This document shows, in pieces, positions 61,599 to 64,000 of a DNA stretch of 64,000 nt. The stretch is from positions 6,176,001 to 6,240,000 of the forward strand of contig OZ244587.1 in NCBI GenBank assembly GCA_965218095.1. Reading direction: 5' to 3'. Source of the stretch: Candidatus Poribacteria bacterium. Its GTDB lineage: Bacteria > Poribacteria > WGA-4E > PCPOR2b. Under the pieces are notes generated by a model. That model had not been told where the DNA came from and did not search any database. It saw only the letters and a program-made list of their open reading frames with translations. Positions within the stretch are counted from its first letter, which is position 1. Every line of letters starts with the position of its first letter. A program made the translations under genes and the position numbers.

Positions 61599-62210
61599 CT
61601 AATGGTGATTATGGTCATGTTGATCCCGGCGATGGCTGGCATCATGGTCGCTGGAGGCATCGTCAAGAGGACATAAAATCACCTCATGCATCACTCTGGT
61701 AAATTCCGCATGTTTAAGGACAGAATTCATTTCTGTACGAATTTCTCGTTGGCGTACCACAGAGGGATTTGAATATAACTCGAACCTGAGGGCATTGACC
61801 TCATCTTGCAGAGAAGGCGGCGAAAGCGATAATTGGTGGTAATAAAAAACAATATGCTTCTTTCCAGCCTCAACCTCGTAATTTTCCCGGTCGGTGATTA
61901 ACCTTCGCTTCGCTGGTTTGGGCTCAAGCGTGCTTTCAGAGAGAACGGATAAAAGGGATTTTCCAATCAAGGGGGCCTTCTGTTGATTGGATTCGCTGAA
62001 ATGTATTAAGCTGATTTCCTTATCGACTGCAAAAGCATGATCGATTCTATCGGGTAATTGCGGATCTGCTTCAGGCAAAGCTACCTCACGGAATTGGTGA
62101 ACAGATGTCAACACAATCAATCCGAGAAGAAAAACACAGAGTAGAGGGACCACTTGCCTTTTTTGATACCACACGACTCTCATCACCCTTTTCCATGGTT
62201 GGTGTTTCAA
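61599..62210 (-). CDS. hypothetical membrane-anchored protein with His-rich tail
   Basis: 203-aa ORF, one hydrophobic segment, directly follows the TolB-like gene. Confidence 0.55.
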   Translation of the reverse strand: MKHQPWKRVMRVVWYQKRQVVPLLCVFLLGLIVLTSVHQFREVALPEADPQLPDRIDHAFAVDKEISLIHFSESNQQKAPLIGKSLLSVLSESTLEPKPAKRRLITDRENYEVEAGKKHIVFYYHQLSLSPPSLQDEVNALRFELYSNPSVVRQREIRTEMNSVLKHAEFTRVMHEVILCPLDDASSDHDASHRRDQHDHNHH

Positions 62211-62214
62211 ATTG

Positions 62215-63300
62215 TCACCGATTCTCCAACTTCATACGTCCCCAAAGGGTGACTTGATGACCTGACGCCTCCACCGACAGAGAACGGTCGGGAATTACCC
62301 AAGTCGGGCTAGTATCCGACCCCGGATGGTGGGTGACCTGCGTCCGATTATCCCCGTTGGCATCCATGACATAAATATCTGGTTGGAGGCCCTTCCGAAA
62401 CGAGTGGAATGCAATCCACCTCCCATTGGGAGACCACGCGGGTGCATAGTCTTGCCATGGGTGACGGGTCAGGTTGACGACGTCGGTTCCATCGGGGTTC
62501 ATCACATAGATATCGGTCTGACCTCCTTCTCGCCTAGAATCAAACGCTATCTTTTTCCCATCGGGAGACCATGTGGGCGCAGTATCGAATGCAGGATGAT
62601 TCGTCAAATTGACCTGGTTTCTACCATTTGAGTCCATCACGTAGATTTCCCCATTCCCATCCCGACCCGAATAAAATACGATTTTTGAGGAATCAGGAGA
62701 CCAAGAACCACCATCATCCATTCCCGCCTGCCGTGTTAAATTCTTCAACTCGTTTCCCCCGGCATCCATGACGTAAACGCCACTCATGCCATCTGGCGCA
62801 ATGTGTGTTAAGACTAACCACTTTCCATCACCAGACCATTTTGGCGATAGATACTCTCGCCCCCCAAAATGTCTGGTCACGTTTTTGCGCTTCTTCGTAA
62901 GAACATTCATCAAAAATATATGAATGGTAAATTGGGTTTGCATGTGGAAGGCAACATGTTTTCCATCCGGAGACCAGGCAATTGGACTAAAGCTGGCTTG
63001 AGGATTCTCCATCCATTTGCGTTCGTTGCTTCCATCGGCATCAACTAGATACACTGCTGTAGCAAAGCCTTTATGAGGAGGTTTGCTATCTCGACTGGAT
63101 AGAAATGCAATTGTGCCGGTCGGCGCGGCGGCGGAATCCTGTTCTCCAAGTAGGCTCCATGAAAATCCGAAAATGAAAAGAAAAAAAAGACGGACGGTTG
63201 GTTCAACTTTCAATAATTTTAGACCCTTTACAATCAATCCGACACAGAAAACAGAGAGTAGAAAACCAATCACCCTTTTCTGAACTTTCGTGACTTTCAT
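62215..63300 (-). CDS. TolB-like PD40 beta-propeller protein
   Basis: Repeated WSPDGKKIAF..DIYVM..NLT units; tail LSVEASGHQVTLWGRMK. Confidence 0.9.
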   Translation of the reverse strand: MKVTKVQKRVIGFLLSVFCVGLIVKGLKLLKVEPTVRLFFLFIFGFSWSLLGEQDSAAAPTGTIAFLSSRDSKPPHKGFATAVYLVDADGSNERKWMENPQASFSPIAWSPDGKHVAFHMQTQFTIHIFLMNVLTKKRKNVTRHFGGREYLSPKWSGDGKWLVLTHIAPDGMSGVYVMDAGGNELKNLTRQAGMDDGGSWSPDSSKIVFYSGRDGNGEIYVMDSNGRNQVNLTNHPAFDTAPTWSPDGKKIAFDSRREGGQTDIYVMNPDGTDVVNLTRHPWQDYAPAWSPNGRWIAFHSFRKGLQPDIYVMDANGDNRTQVTHHPGSDTSPTWVIPDRSLSVEASGHQVTLWGRMKLENR

Positions 63301-63334
63301 GATACTTTTTCCGATCGGTCAACTCAAATCTTCA

Positions 63335-64000
63335 TTACTTCTCTGCCTTAAGCCTGCCCCACAGCGTGACCTATTTCCCCTGCGCATTCACAGCAAGAGA
63401 TGGGCCTGGAATCACCCAGGCCGGGCTGCTGTCTAGTCCCGGATGATTCGTCACCCGCGTTTGATTGTTCCCAGTGGCATCAATGATGTAAATATTCCAG
63501 TTTTTATCTCGATTCGACTGGAAAGCAATCCACTTCCCATCAGGGGACCACGCGGGAACACGGTCTTGGGACAGGTGACGAGTGAGGTTGACGACGTTGG
63601 TTCCATCAGGGTTCATGACATAGATATCATCCTGCCCTGATCGACGTGAATAGAAGGCAATTTTTTGGCCATCGGGAGACCAATCCGGGTGGAGATCGCG
63701 TGCCGGATGGTTAGTCAACTGCACTATCTCTCTACCATTGCGGTTCATCACATAGATTTCAGTGTTCCCACTTCGATTCGACACAAACACAATTTTGGAC
63801 GCATCGGGAGACCAAGAGGAAGTGTAATCTAAGCCCCCCGGAAACCGTGTGAGATTCTCTAACTTCCTTCCCTTTGCATCTATGACGCAAATGTCGGAAT
63901 GTTCAGCCGGAAATGGCGGAGAACATGTCAGCGTTAACCACTTACCATTCTTAGACCAAGCTGCCTCCGCATAACTCGCCCCGCCTGCTTCCCACCGAGC
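63335..64000 (-). CDS. TolB-like PD40 protein (partial) with TAG at 63371-63373 inside its C-terminal tail
   Basis: Frame open from the window edge; WSPDG repeats; LAVNAQGK*VTLWGRLKAEK. Confidence 0.85.

Noticed and set aside
2221-63373. Complete TAG reassignment (genetic code 15)
   Set aside because: rpmA, pyrE, dxs, the amidohydrolase and others end at natural C-termini with TAG, and no core gene contains an internal TAG
1-64000. tRNA, rRNA or prophage
   Set aside because: No cloverleaf, rRNA-like segment or phage structural gene was recognised by eye

Overview
Bacterial chromosomal window, about 50% GC. The gene mix (PhyH, Uma2, FGE/SUMF1, TolB/PD40 proteins, an extended ECF sigma factor, a recurrent C-terminal ...G(K/H)xxxLWGxxK tail) suggests Candidatus Poribacteria; this is inference. 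Intact housekeeping genes (aroC, thrC, argF, rng, rplU, rpmA, obgE, proB, rnhC, thiI, pyrE, xseAB, dxs, tlyA, ackA) are interleaved with many decaying accessory genes. I found no rRNA, tRNA, CRISPR array, prophage or intact transposase. Main observations: (1) three secreted proteins share a short C-terminal tail, one of them at the position where FCB-group proteins carry a T9SS sorting domain, near a PorV-like barrel and a kinase/PorX-like pair, suggesting an uncharacterised sorting system; (2) eight in-frame TAG codons occur in otherwise continuous accessory reading frames; (3) a 4.3-kb insertion between rpmA and obgE carries modular trypsin-like proteases and a DUF2971 gene ending in a canonical-looking integron attC site; (4) a CCCGA-N-TCGGG palindrome family sits in frame inside conserved genes; (5) heptamer arrays place stops in all three frames at gene ends; (6) six 12-29 bp tandem micro-duplications; (7) a Na/Pi cotransporter with an Ig-like N-terminal domain that the ORF track missed. 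All family assignments are by motif recognition, not database search. Some single-base homopolymer frameshifts may be sequencing errors.
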